NCBI RefSeq assembly: GCF_009834535.1
Contig: NC_045696.1
Coordinates: forward strand, 101,868,001 to 101,928,000
DNA: 60,000 nt
Origin: Camelus ferus
Taxonomy: Eukaryota
Direction of reading: 5' to 3'
Made by a program: the position numbers and the translations under genes
In this document: positions 26,464 to 39,265 of the stretch, piece by piece
How the letters are laid out: the number at the start of each line of letters is the position of its first letter
How positions within the stretch are numbered: the stretch's first letter is position 1
The notes under the pieces: generated by a model
What the model saw: only the letters and a program-made list of their open reading frames with translations
Told to the model about the DNA's origin: nothing
Databases searched by the model: none

Positions 26464-26906
26464 AAAACAAAAAGCCATAACTAGAAAAAAGAAAATATAT
26501 GAAAGAAAAAAATCTCACTGGTAAGAGCAGATATAGTATGAAAGCCAGTATGAAGGTTCAAAGACAAAGTCATAAAATCACCTATAATAACAAAAAATAG
26601 TTAAAAGTAAAAAGTTGTAAAATATGATGTCAAAAACATAAAATATGTGTGTAGAAATGTACTGCTTTTAGAATGTGTTTGGATTTAAGCAACTATCGGT
26701 TTAATTGCTATATCTATGATGTATCATAGATATATATCATAGATATATATCAACCTCATGGTCACCACAAATTAAACTTTTTTTAAAAAAAAGAAAGGAA
26801 TTCAAACATAACACTAAAGAAAATTATCAAACTGCAAGAGAAGAGATTAAGAGAAGAAGAAAGAAATAAGAAGAACTACAAAAACAACCAGAAAACAGTT
26901 GACAAA

Positions 26907-28910
26907 ATGGCAATAAGTATATACCTAGCAATAATCACTTTAAATGTAAGTAGACTAAATACTTCAATTAAAAGATATAGGCTGGCTATGTGGATAAAAT
27001 ACAAGACACATCTATATGCTGCCTACAAGAGATTCAATTCAGATTTAAAAACACACATAGCTGAAAGTGAAAGGATGGAAAATGATATTCCATGCAAATG
27101 GAAATGAAAAGAAAGCTGGAGTTGCAATACTCATATCAGACAAAGTAGGTTTTAAAATGAAGTCTATAACAAAAGAGAAAGAAGAGAATTATCTAATGAT
27201 AACGGTATCAAAGAGGACAATGTAACATCTGTAAATATTTATGCAAACAAAATAGGAACACCCAGATATATAAAGGAAATATTAAAAAATGTAATGAGAG
27301 AAATTGACAGTAATAAAATAATCATATCCCACTTACATCAATGGACAGATCATTCAGATAAAAAAATCAAGAGTGTAATATAGGCCTTGAATGACACATT
27401 AGACTAATAGATACATATAGAAAATTTCATCCCAAACCATCAGAATACATATTCTTTTCAAGTTCTCATGAAATATTCCCCAGGATGGATCACATGCTAG
27501 GCAACAAAACAAGTCTCAATAAATTTAAGAAGACTGCAATTATGTCAGGCATCTTTTCTAATCACAATGGTAGGAAACTACAAATCAATTACATGAAGAA
27601 AACTGGAAAAACATACCGACACATGGAGACTAAACAACATGCTACCCCACAACTAGTGGGTCAATAAAGAAGTCAATAAGGAAATAAAAAATACCTTGAA
27701 ATAAGTGAAAATGGAAAAACAACTTTATGAAATCTATGGGACACAGCAAAAATAGTTCTAAGAGGGAAGTTAATACAGAGAGGCTACCTCAAGAAACAAG
27801 AAAAATCTCAAATAAATAACCTAACTTTAAATGTAAAGGAACTATAAAAAGAAGAACAAATAAAGCCCAAAGTTAGTAGAAAGAATGAAATAGTAAAGAT
27901 CAAAGCAGAAATAAATGAAATAGAAACTATGAAACAAAAAATAGAAAAGATCAAAGAAACTAAGGGCTGGTTCTTGGAAAGATAAACAAAGTTGACAAAC
28001 TTTTAGCCATACTTATTAAGATAAAGAAAAAAGACCCAAATAAGTAAAACTAAAAATTGAAAAGAAACTACAACAGATACCACAGAACTACAAAGAATCA
28101 TAAGAGACTATTACAAATAATTATATGCCAACAAATTGGAAAACCTAGAAAAAATGAATAAATTTATAGAAAGATGCAATCTTCTAAGACTGAATTTGGA
28201 AGAAATAGAAAATCAAAAGGAATAAATTACCAGTAATAAAACTGAATCAATAATCAAAAAACTTCCAACAAACAAAAGTACAGGACCAGAAGGCTTCACA
28301 GGGATATTCTGCCAAACATTTAAAGAAAAGTTGATACTTATCCTTCTCAAACTATTCCACAAAATTGAAGAGTAAGGAACTCTTCCAAATTCATTCTGTG
28401 AGGTCAGTATTACCCTGATACTAAAACCAGACAAAACACTAGAAAAAAAATTACAGGCCAAGATAGATGCAAAAATCCTCAAAATATTAGCAAATTGAAT
28501 TCAACAATACATTAAAGGGATCATACACCATAGTCAAGCGAAATTTATTCCAGGGATGAAAGAATATTTCAATATACATGAATTAATCAACCTGATAAAG
28601 CATATTAACAAAATGAAAGATAAAAATCATGATTATCTCCATAGATGCAGAAAAATCATTTGACAAAATCCAACATCCATTTATAATAAAAACACTCAAC
28701 AAAGTGTGTGTACAGAGGAACTATATCTCAACATAATAAAGATTGTATACAACAAACCCACAGATAACATCATAGTCAATGATGAAAAGCTGGAGATTTT
28801 TTCCTCTAAGATCAGAAATAAGACAAGAATGCCAACTCCCACCCCTTCTATTTACCTAGTATTGGAAGTCCTAGCCACAGCAATCAGACAAGTAGAAGAA
28901 ATAAAAGTGT
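26907..28910 (+). pseudogene. degenerate L1 ORF2 (endonuclease and N-terminal RT)
   Basis: MAISIYLAIITLNV... N-terminus, MDHMLGNKTSLNKFKK, 'gatgcagaaaaatcatttgacaaaatccaacatcc' ([12 protein letters not shown]), [17 protein letters not shown]. Confidence 0.9.
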
Positions 28911-29798
28911 TTACAGTAACAATGGGGTGTAGATAGATTAATATGTAAGATCTTAGCCTGAAGTATCAGGATTTTAGAGTCTAGGAACCAGAGGTTTATT
29001 TCATTCAGCCCTGTGCCTTTCCTCGCTTGAATGTGTTCTGGCATCAGCGTTCCCAGAAGACGTGCATCATTCATGTCTGAAGAGTAGAAATGTATTTAGG
29101 TTGTTCACTTAACAATTTGCTAATTTTTAGGGATCAATCAAGGAGAATCCTTGTTTGTCATTCCATGTAGATTTATATTCTAAACATTTACCTAAGGGAT
29201 GCACTCTGGATGACCCAAAACTTTAGCACTAGGAAGATCCCACTACCAGGGGTTAGCATATGAAAGGAATTGGAAGCTGAGGGGCCACTGAGTGATCATG
29301 AGTCAAACAGCCCAGAAGTTCATAGACCTTTGCCTCATTGCCCACTGGGTTAGTCTGGCCCTCCTCTATGCTATCCCTAAAATTCCTATCTCTCTTCCTT
29401 TCACTGGGAGCATCTCTTAGAAATATGAGATTCTTCATATTTCTGTGGAGAAGCTCAGTACAATATGAGCATTTTCATAGGGAAGACAGTTCTTTGAAGA
29501 ACATTTTATTGATGGGATTTTTCCCCTTAAGAAACATGAAAGGTTTGGTCTGAAAAGCTCAGATATTAGATGGAATCATTCATACTTTAGAGTTTCCAGG
29601 GACCAAAGTATGTGCAAAATCACAATACTCAGGACAATTTATTTATATTATATGTCAATTAGCAATATATAGATGTCCTAAAATTGGTCATAGTTACATA
29701 TTACAATAATTTCTAATCTGTTACTCATAAAATGACTAATGAAATTAAAATATAGCAACAGACCTGATTCCTCTTGAGTCAGTCTGCTTCCATTCTGG

Positions 29799-29802
<4 letters not shown>

Positions 29803-29846
<44 letters not shown>
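29803..29846 (+). repeat. (CA)22 microsatellite
   Basis: Uninterrupted CA dinucleotide run read directly. Confidence 0.97.
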
Positions 29847-29847
<1 letters not shown>

Positions 29848-30331
29848 CAACTCAGTCACTCAGAGCAGTTTGGAGATCAAAGTCTCTACATTTTCAGGTT
29901 TCAAGTTGTCCTGAATAATTAAACCCAATCTTAAATCACTTAAGTTTTCAAAAAATCCTATTTGCTTTTTTCAAGCCACATCCTACCTGGCTCATTAAGA
30001 GGGAGTGGTGAGAAAAAGTGCTTGGGATAAATGTTCAGATAGTTCTAGAAATAAACCAACAAGTCAAATTAAAGGTAATATGCATTTGTAGCAGTTGTTC
30101 AACTAATTTGATTTAGTTATTGTGATTCTAGAATTTATGCAACTGAATATAGGGCCAACCTTACGGTTCCTGGTATGCTCCTTGGGTTGATCATGTTTTG
30201 GGCTGTGCTGTCAGTTTAAACTTTTGAGCCTTAAGGGGAAATATCGGAAATGTCACCAAGTTAGACAAGTTACCTTATTTCTCATCTGTTAGTTTCTCAT
30301 CTTTCAAGTTTGTAGTGAGAAGTAGAGATAA

Positions 30332-31145
30332 TATAGAAATAAAAGAAAGAATAAACAAATGGGACCTAATGAGAATTACAAGCTTCTGTACAGCAAAGGA
30401 AACCATAAGTAAAACAAAAAGACAACCTATGGAATGGGAAAAAATTTTTGCAAATGAAACCAACAAAGACTTGATCTCCAGAATATATAAGCAGCTCATA
30501 CGACTTAATAAGAAACAACCAAACAACCCAATCCAAAAATGGGCAAAAGACCTAAACAAGCAATTCTCCAAGGAAGAAATACAAATGATCAATAGGCACA
30601 TGAAAAAATGCTCAATATCACTAATTATCAGAGAAATGCAAATCAAAACTACGAGGTATCACCTCACACCAGTCAGAATGGCCATCATTCAAAAATCCAT
30701 GAATGACAAATGCTGGAGAGGCTGTAGAGAAAGGGGAACCCTCCTACATTGCTGGTGGGAATGCAGTTTGATGCAGCCACTGTGGAAAAAAGTATGAAGA
30801 TTCCTCAAAAGACTAGGAATAGGCTTACCATATGACCCAGGAATCCCACTCCTGGGCATATGTCCAGAAGGAACCCTACTTCAGGATGACACTTGCACCC
30901 CAATGTTCATAGCAGCACTATTTACAATAGCCAAGACATGGAGACAGCCTAAATGTCCATCAACGGATGACTGGGAAAAGAAGATGTGGTATATTTGTAC
31001 AATGGAATACTTCTCAGCCATAAAAACCGACAACATAATGCCATTTGCAGCAACATGGATGCTCCTGGAGAATGTCATTCTAAGTGAAGTAAGCCAGAAA
31101 GAGAAAGAAAAATACCGTATGAGATCACTCATATGTGGAATCTAA
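30332..31145 (+). pseudogene. L1 ORF2 C-terminal fragment (Cys-rich/CCHC domain) with one premature stop
   Basis: ORFs 30315-30797 and 30903-31145 are in the same frame, separated by TGA at 30795-30797 where L1 has Trp; contains [18 protein letters not shown]. Confidence 0.93.
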
Positions 31146-31500
31146 AAACAAAAAAACAAACAAACAAAAAAACACAAATAAAAACAAAAACAAACAAACA
31201 AAGCATAAATACAAAACAGAAACAGACTCATAGACATAGAATCCAAACTTGTGGTTGCCAAGGGGGCAGAGGGTGGGACGGGATAGACGGGATTTCAAAA
31301 TGGTAGAATACATAAACAAGATTATACTGTATAGCACAGGGAAATATACACAAGATCTTATGGTAGCTCACAGAGAAAAAAATGTGACAATGAATATATA
31401 AATGTTCATGTGTAACTGAAAAATTGTGCTCTACACTGGAATTTGACACAACATTGTAAAATGATTATAAATCAATAAAAAATGTTTAAAAAAAAAAAAA
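30332..31500 (+). mobile_element. young 5'-truncated L1 (camelid-type 3' UTR) with poly(A) tail
   Basis: ORF2 C-terminus almost intact, 3' UTR, AATAAA and an A-tail ending at 31500. Confidence 0.95.
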
Positions 31501-31953
31501 CAAGCAGTTTTAGGTCTTCTGACATCAGTCCTGAGCATGCTTTGATGGTATGCTTGCTTCCTTACTCCACACAAGTTGGTAAAATGGGAAGACCACTGTG
31601 AATGGTTGTAAGCTGCTTAACTTTACAGCCTAGGGAGATGACACTATTACAACAAAACAACATATCTGTCCAGCTTTCCATGAGTGAGTTATATTATCCA
31701 TAAAGATGAAGACAATTACACATTTCTTTATATTTTCTTGAGAATAAGAAAGCTGTAACAACAACAAAAAGGATCAAAAAAATGGAAATAAATGTCAGAT
31801 TTTTCTTCTGGTTCACCTAGTATTCCAAGATGAAATATTGACAATGCACATTGCAATATTCTACAATTCTCTTATTTGGTTATATTTCTAGCAATTGATG
31901 TCTCTAAAATCAAAAGCACTTAACAAGATCTGTAAATGTTAATACTGAAGTAT

Positions 31954-32311
31954 TGTATTAGTTAGCTCAGGTTGCCATCACTAATACCATAGACTGGGTG
32001 GCTTAAACAACGGAAGTTAATTTTTCCAGTTTAGGGGGCTGGGGTGTCCAAGATCAAAGTTCCTGGTGAGGACTCTTTTCCTGGATTGCAGACAGCTGCC
32101 TCTTTGCTGTGCCCTCACACAGTAGAGAGAGAAAGAGCTCTCTCACTTATACTTCTTATAGGGCTACCAATCCTATTGGATTAGGGCTCCACCATTACAA
32201 CCTCATTTAACCTTACTTACCTCTTAAAAGCTCTATTTTCAAACAGAGTTACAATAGGGGATCAAGGTTCAATTGTATGAGTTTTATGGGGACATGGTTT
32301 GGTCCATAACA
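31954..32311 (-). mobile_element. MLT1A-like MaLR solo LTR
   Basis: TGTATTAG...CCATAACA ends; 'ataccatagactgggtggcttaaacaac'; TSD agtat/ggtat. Confidence 0.88.
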
Positions 32312-34254
32312 GGTATGTTTTTAATATCAAGAATAAATAGAATAGGAAGGGAGGGCAAACAAAGGCAGGGAAGGGAGAGAAATTTTTTAGTGTGTGAAGA
32401 GGTAAACATTGGTTTCTTGGTATTTTATATCCTGAATGGGCTTCCCTTAAGTTTATAGACTTGAGTTTTACTGCTGCAAACAACCATTAACTAAGAAACA
32501 TTTCCTGTCAAGCTGTTGCACACAAAGGTGTGAACTAGCATCCTTCTCACAAGTTTCCATAGAATTCTCAGCTAACTGGCATTGTTATAGCAACCAGAGT
32601 GCCAATGGAAGCAGTCATGGTCTTCATCATCATCAAGTATCACTATGGCAACAGGAGCCTCTGGAAAGTAAAAGGGGAAAAAAAAAAACTTAAACTGTCA
32701 ACTGGAATCAAAGAGGTTTGTGAAGAAAAAAAGGCGGAGGCTGAAATGAACATGAGGCTGGAGCAAGGGGCAGAGCAAAGAGAAGTGATTGTACAGAAGC
32801 TGAGCAAACAAGAGAGAAAGAAAACAATAAGCAAAACGGAGGTCAGAGACGTAGCTTGCATAGGAAAGAGGAAGGCAGGAAGAAACATGTAAACATAAAA
32901 TGATGGAAAAAGTGTTTCTAATGAAGGATTTGTAATATTTACTGATTTGAATAGCCCAGAGGTAAACATAATAAGTTAAGGTTTATATTGTTGGGACTAT
33001 CCAGTATGCTACTATTAATATTCAAGGAATATTTGAAATGAGGCCACAAGATAGTAAGAAAGGGTAAACCAATTTACAGAGTGCTTTCAGCATAGCATCC
33101 CGCTGACTAGGAATTCTTGTAATATTTGGTGTTCAGAGGCACCACATTTAAATGTGGATCTTCCTTTATTGGACAGTATGATTGCTTCAGACAAGGGCAT
33201 GTTGCCATTTGGTCCATTACAAATGTGTATTTCCTTCATTAAAGGATCTTAATGGATGCTTTTTTTCCAAGAGAGAATTAAGGTAATTACTCTAATACTA
33301 TTAAAAAGTAAGTGGCAATGTCATTTAGAATAAAACATTTTCAGTTAATATTTTCTGTTTTATTAGTACTCAGACAATACTCAGCTTTTTTATGGCATAA
33401 TATTAATTTTTTTCAAGGGAAAATATATTTTATTAAAAGGTACAACAAAATTTTGATACTTTTTTTCTTTTTAAAATAAAATGATTTTGAGAAGTGAGAG
33501 ATTAAAGAATGAATGAAAATAGAGACAGGGAAAGATGTGATAGGTGCAGTCATAAAGAAATAAAGCAAAAGAAAAATAACAAAATCCTGAGATTAAAGTA
33601 TAGAAATAAAAACAGCAGTCTGGGTGCTTTGCAGAAATCCGTTCCCAAGAATTTTAATAGTATTTTTTTTCTGTTTTTTGTTTTAAAACAAGCATTTCTC
33701 TCAAGCACTGTATTTTAGGTGTCATTTGCTGACTTGGCAAGGGATGGTTTGTCACCATTTCTTTTCTGTTCAGAAAGAGTCAACAGGTTGACAACAGAGA
33801 TGAGCAGACCTCTTTAGGAAGGCCCAGGTTTTCAGTAGCCATAGGCCCCTACTGACTTGTTCCCACCAGCAGTAAAGACCAATCCCCAGAGCACATTATG
33901 GGATGAATATCCATCTGGTCTTTGGGATCCATCCCAAAAGCTGGGATGCCAACAATGACAATGCCTCTTTGTGAAAGTTCATGATTTGAAAACCAATGCA
34001 AAGTTTTTTTTACTGGATAATACTTACTCTCAAGTTCCATTTTTCTTTTGACTATTACAGCTAAGTTTTAATTTTTTTCCTACTTTTTCTGCCAACAGAC
34101 ACACCAAGCATCATAATTTATAAAATATGTATAAAATTCAGTGATGCATAAGTAAAATAGCCAATTTCTAATGTTCTAGATTCTTGAGAAATGAAACAAA
34201 AAAGTGAGGTAATATGCAAATAGAAGTCAAATTATGGATTATATCTTTAAAAAT

Positions 34255-34390
34255 AAACTTTTTTGAAGTGTAATATTAAACAAAAAACTACCTAAAAATC
34301 ATAAGTGTGTTGCTTGATGAATGATCATATAGTGAACACATTTGTTTAATCACCCAAATCATGATATGGAACACTATAGTATACCTTTTC
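34255..34390 (-). mobile_element. old L1ME-type 3' UTR fragment
   Basis: 'aaatcataagtgtgttgcttgatgaat...agtgaacaca...cacccaaatcatgatatggaaca'. Confidence 0.55.
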
Positions 34391-35449
34391 AATAGTTTTC
34401 TAATAGTATAAGAAATTACTTTTGACACATTTTGCAACCACATCAATTTACATTGTAAGATGGATAAGCAAAATGAAAATATTCCATTGCAGCTTTTAAG
34501 AATTTTTGTACCATGTGCAGAGAGAGACCCCTGCTGGAATAATTTTTTTTTTTTTTTTTTTGTAAAAAGAATGACTAAACCAACCCAGAGAAAGTGTATG
34601 TAAAAAGTTCTACTGGCTTTAAGATAAAATATTTGAATGTATTTTATCCCCCAAAATAGAAACTATTTAACCCTCTACCACAAAAAAAAATTTCCAGTAG
34701 GGGCAGCTTTGGATTTTTCCTTGATATTTATTTCTTTGCTTATTTTCTTTTCATCTCTAGGCTTGGGTAACAATAGGATCTAACTTTTTTCTATGTGTCT
34801 TGAGATCCCTATGTCATTGCTTTCTGCTGGGCTAATCTCTCCATATACTAAGGATGCTCCTGGAGGCCTCCATCCTATGGGGTGTGTGGCTGCTCCTCAA
34901 GTTCTCTATGGCACTGTAACCTAGTGTTTAAGATAGACTGTGGAGGTGTCAATTGACTCCAAAGTATAGGCCATAGTTTTATAGTCATATGGATGCATAT
35001 CACTTATACTTTCTCAGCTGATTTAATTTATTCCAGAGTTTGGGACTTTGTATATGCTCTTTACTGGGGCTCTCTTAGTGGTATATCTGAAGTCTGTGGT
35101 TGCAAATTATGAAGATTGGATCTCTAGTCAGTACCTTGGTGTGGAGTGCCAGCTAAGGTGGGAAACCAAGAGAATCTGGAACTGGAGTAATAGATGCATG
35201 GGGGTGTTGTTCAGCCTGAAGTAGGAAGGTGAATGCTGGAGCAGTTCCCTGCCCCAACCACTATATAGTTGGGTAGGCTTAATCAAAAGTTCCTTAGGTA
35301 GAGAATGGGATTCAGAGGGATTCAGGTACATAGAACATGGGAATGATGATAATTTTAGAACTTGCACCACTTTAATTTTATCTAAATTTCCTCTAACTCC
35401 ATACTTGTCCTCTTTCTGTGTTTCCTCTCTCAGCAAAATAGTACAAAAT

Positions 35450-36200
35450 AGCTCCTCCCTCACCCCAAAACTCAGGATTCCAACATACTTACTTCCTTCT
35501 CTCCTTCACCTGGACCACTCTCAAAAAGCTAACAAGTTCTACTGAACTCCAATTCGTAACATGTTCTGAATCCATTAATTCCAGCTTCTGGAATGCTCCA
35601 GGGCTGCCCGGTAAAAGCCATCATGATTTTTCACCTGGCCCACCATGACAGTCTAAGGATTGGTACCTCTACCTAATCAATTCTCTGAGTGGCAGGGATA
35701 AAATAATAGCTCTCTTATCACTAAAATATTCCATCTCAATCTTCAGTGTTTTTGAGGTCAAAATTTCTTGGTGCAACATAAAGGGTCCTCTACTATCTAC
35801 TTATTTCTTAAGTTTTTAGTTCCGTCTCTTGGTAGACATTGCCTCACATCCCTATATTCTGAACTTCTCAGCTGTTTGGGGGTTTCTGAAAACATCTTTG
35901 CATTTGCTATTCTTTTTCCTCCCTTATTTACCATGCCAACAGCTTGTGACTACTACTTTTTTGAACCTTTTATAATCCTTCCCCTCCAACCTCAATTGAA
36001 AAGAGCCATTTTCTCTTTCATATTACTATTTTAACCTTGTGTTCTTCAATGGTCACTCTTTTACTAATTTCTTGAACCTTTTTACTTACCTGCCAGTTTC
36101 TCCAAGCTGGAAGGTCAGTGGGAGCCACAGCTGATTGATGTTCTTAGTGCTCAGCCCAGGGCCTGGCTCCTAAAGGAGCTCCTTAAATATTTGTTGAAAG
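35450..36200 (+). mobile_element. L2 LINE 3' region
   Basis: Pyrimidine-rich L2 body ending 'cagcccagggcctggctcctaaaggagctccttaaatatttgttgaa'. Confidence 0.6.
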
Positions 36201-36971
36201 TGTAGTAAGGTGCTTCAAGACTCAACACCAGTGACTCTGGAGGAGTGACTGTTGGAAAGGTAGACAATTTGTTATTTTATCTAGGAGGCATTAGCTAAAT
36301 TTCTTATATTTATTTTAAGAAAATCTATTACTAGGTCTTTACTTATGCAAAAGTAAAGACAAATTCAATTCCAGGATGCCCAAGTCAGGACACAGATATC
36401 AACCGAGTTGCATTAGCACATGCAGTAGATTGTCTTCATTTTGATCAGAGTGGTATTTTTTGCAGAGATTATCGTGGCATTTAAGGGACATCAGGAGATA
36501 GATTGAGTTAAGGAAGGAATTAAAAAATTTCCCTCCTTGTGAGATGAGCAAAAGCACTTACAGATAGCTGGGTAGTGGATTGGCCCAAAGAAAGGAAAAC
36601 ACTGATATACAAATAGCTTTACTTTTCCCTTTTCCTTTAGTTAAATTCCCTTCTGTAAGCTCTCAAGTTTCAGTTGTATTAATCACTCTAGCCTGGATTC
36701 ATTTGAGCTTTCAGGACATATGTGAATGGCAGTGAATGGTGGGGTCCGTTCAGGGCAAAACAGCTTAGTTAGGAGCAGTGCGGATGCCTCACCACATGCC
36801 CTGAGAAGTTCTGGGTTCAGAGTAAAATGGCTGGATGAGCAGCAGACAGAGCTGCCACTAGCTCTTACGGCACCCTTGTATAAATCAGAAGACGGTGCCC
36901 AGTCTTCAGTACCCCTTACTTAACTCTGTCAGGAAGTTGACCTAATATACTTATGTTAACAAATTAACATT

Positions 36972-37476
36972 TGTTAAGTGCAGCCCAGGGTGCTGGATGG
37001 TGAGCTGTGGTTCAACAACAGACCCAGGAGAAATTGAAATGGAGAAGTTTACTACTCACAGGTCCTGAAGGAAGGACCTGGCACATCTTGAGGGGCCACG
37101 TGGGGAGGTCAAATGAGAGAGAGAGAGGCAGGACCTGGGGCACATGCCTTTACTAAGGTTCATGAGTGGAGTGCTTCAGGGTTCCCAAGTAAGGGTCAGA
37201 TTGGTCAATTCAAACCAAAAGAACTGGGTTTTGGTAAGTCCCCTGAGGATCTTAACACTGGGAGGCAGCGGAGACTGTTGATCAAAAGGGGTATGTTGAG
37301 AAAGTCATATCAGAAACTTGAAACATTTGCTTCTGACTCTATGGGCTGTTATCTAAGGCTGTACTTATATGACAGGGCTGGTGTTTTTAAGGTTTAAGAT
37401 TATTGCAGTCTGCTTGGTCAAACAAAATGAGTGCTGAGGCAACAATACTATGAAGTACTTAGCTAAATTCTCAATA
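36972..37476 (-). mobile_element. ERVL solo LTR of the MER54/MER73/MER74/MER88 group
   Basis: TGTTAAGTGCAGCCCAGG start, 'tactcacaggtcctgaagg...ggggccacgtggggaggtc...ggggcacatgcctttact'. Confidence 0.7.
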
Positions 37477-38634
37477 ACTTCATTTGTTAAAGCAAACTCT
37501 TTACTTCTACCTGCCGGAAAAGTGTTGCATTATCTTTATGACGTCCACAATGGGAATGATGCCCCTTTATATGTGGTCCCCTATGCATTACAGACATACA
37601 TAACTGTACACAGCATATGTGGTCATGAGAGAAAGATGCAATGCATTATCATACCTTGAGAATCCCCAGAAGTATTTGAGATTAAGAACCTGCTAATCAG
37701 AGCAGATTAGGACTGACCAAAGAGAACATTACCATTTCTGTTTGCATGAATGGATGATATTTTCAAACAATCACACAAAGTATACATCTTCACAAAACTA
37801 GGCAGCAATACAGATGACTACAGCTGTAGTCTAGTGCATCTACAGTTACAGGAAAGTCCTCTTTGAAGGCAGTCCAAGACTTTCCCACTGCACTTCTTTA
37901 AAAAAGAAAGGCTGAGATATCTGGTCACTTTGTTCAAATCCAAAGAACTGGATCCTTGCTGACTCTGGCGTAATCTTCTTCTATCCTGAAAGATACAAGA
38001 AGTCTAGCGCTTTCTATTTGTACCCAAAACCATCTAGTCTTACTTTGTAGGCAACAGAGAACTGGAATGCTAAACTAAATGCTAAACTAAGTGCCAGGGC
38101 TAAGTGTGAGCGATGGCTGGTTGGCCTGTGGACTGTGACATGGAAAGGAGACCTGAATTCTGCATTTGGGAGTGGGGGAAACTAGGGAAAATGGGCCAAT
38201 TTGGAATATTTGGTCTAATGGGGAAAATGGGAATAACAAGCACAATAGAAGCAGAGAGTCTAGAACAGATGAAAACTGATTTGGCAGGGTCAGGAAGTGG
38301 AAGTGGAGGAGATATGTTGGGGTGCTGCTGCACAGAGGGAAGACACATCACATGGAGAAACCCAGGGGAAGGGAGGGAGCTACTAAGGCCAAGCTGGTTC
38401 AGAGGGGATATTTGTCACCTCTGTGACTGTTCAGTATCCAAACATTTTGTTTTCTATTTTGGATTAATTCCAAAAAGATGAGAGGCAGGACTTCACCTCT
38501 CACCATAGCATCATAAGTGAGGCAGATGTTCCTTTTCCCAGCTTGCTAGTTCAGGATATGAGAATTGTAGCCTAATCAACTGATGGCTCCAGCCTGGAAA
38601 TTTGAAAGGAAAGGGTGTGACACTGATTTAGCAC

Positions 38635-39265
38635 CAGTTCCCTAGATAAAAGAGCCTGGGGAAGAATCTTAGATGCCTAGTTCTTATTGAGGAGGCACAT
38701 TCCCAAGAAGACAAGGTTGAGGAGAAGGAAGGAAGTGAAGCAGGGTAGGAGGGAAAGAAAACACAAAGTGATGCATTACAAATCTGGCCACAGCTTCTCA
38801 GGAAGACACCATTGGTAGCTCAGTTATGTGAGAGATGACTACAGTGTGTGCACGGAGCTCTGTGTCAAAACAGTCCAGCAGGGGCAGAGAAGAGAGTTAC
38901 CTGCAAGCCTCTTCCTACCTTCCATCTCCTGTAGATCAAAGTTCTCCTCATTTGGGTGTTAACTCTCCCACACTTCTGGGTTGTGTTAACCTGCTCTCAA
39001 GGTCAGCTCTATAGAAGGCTCTGTGTATGTGAACAGATTGGATTGGCCCTGGAGCTGCTTTGGCCATGTAAAACCTACTCCCGTTTCAGGGGAGACTGAC
39101 AAAGTAGGTGGCAATAGGAGATGTGATAATGTTACAGCAAAGCATCTAACACCACAGCAACTGCATGAGGAGCTCTCTGTCTAATAAGCCAGGCAAGTGG
39201 CTCAGGCCTGAGGTCATGAGGGCCCAGCAGCTCTGGGATGGTATGGAAACTGGTTCTGGTGCCAG
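38635..39265 (-). mobile_element. LTR40-like ERVL LTR
   Basis: 'ggaagtgaagcagggtagg...gatgcattacaaatctggccacagcttc...gtgttaactctcccacacttctgggttgtg'. Confidence 0.6.

Larger units (their letters stand above)
24781..28910 (+). mobile_element. L1 LINE, 5'-complete and 3'-truncated (5' UTR, ORF1, long inter-ORF spacer, ORF2 endonuclease to early RT)
   Basis: 'caagatggcagagtagga' 5' start; ORF1 and ORF2 remnants with many frameshifts; homology ends at 'gaagtcctagccacagcaatcagacaagtagaagaaataaaag'. Confidence 0.93.

Noticed and set aside
30275..31449. Minus-strand ORFs ([15 protein letters not shown]..., MSDLIRYFSF..., MSNSSVEHNF...) as genes
   Set aside because: They are antisense readings of L1 ORF2 and 3' UTR; the same peptides recur at 42162-42374 and 53257-53616 because these are L1 copies
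24781..31500. Treating the L1 at 24781-28910 and the L1 3' end at 30332-31500 as one full-length element
   Set aside because: The first is heavily frameshifted while the second is nearly intact, 1.4 kb of unrelated sequence separates them, and the intervening RT region is absent
32599..32969. Lys/Glu-rich coiled-coil-like ORF and its antisense partner
   Set aside because: Purine-rich sequence resembling a degraded antisense L2; composition explains the open frames
38100..38481. 122-aa ORF with Gly-rich GKMG repeats
   Set aside because: Arises from a purine-rich low-complexity tract; no recognisable protein family or splice context
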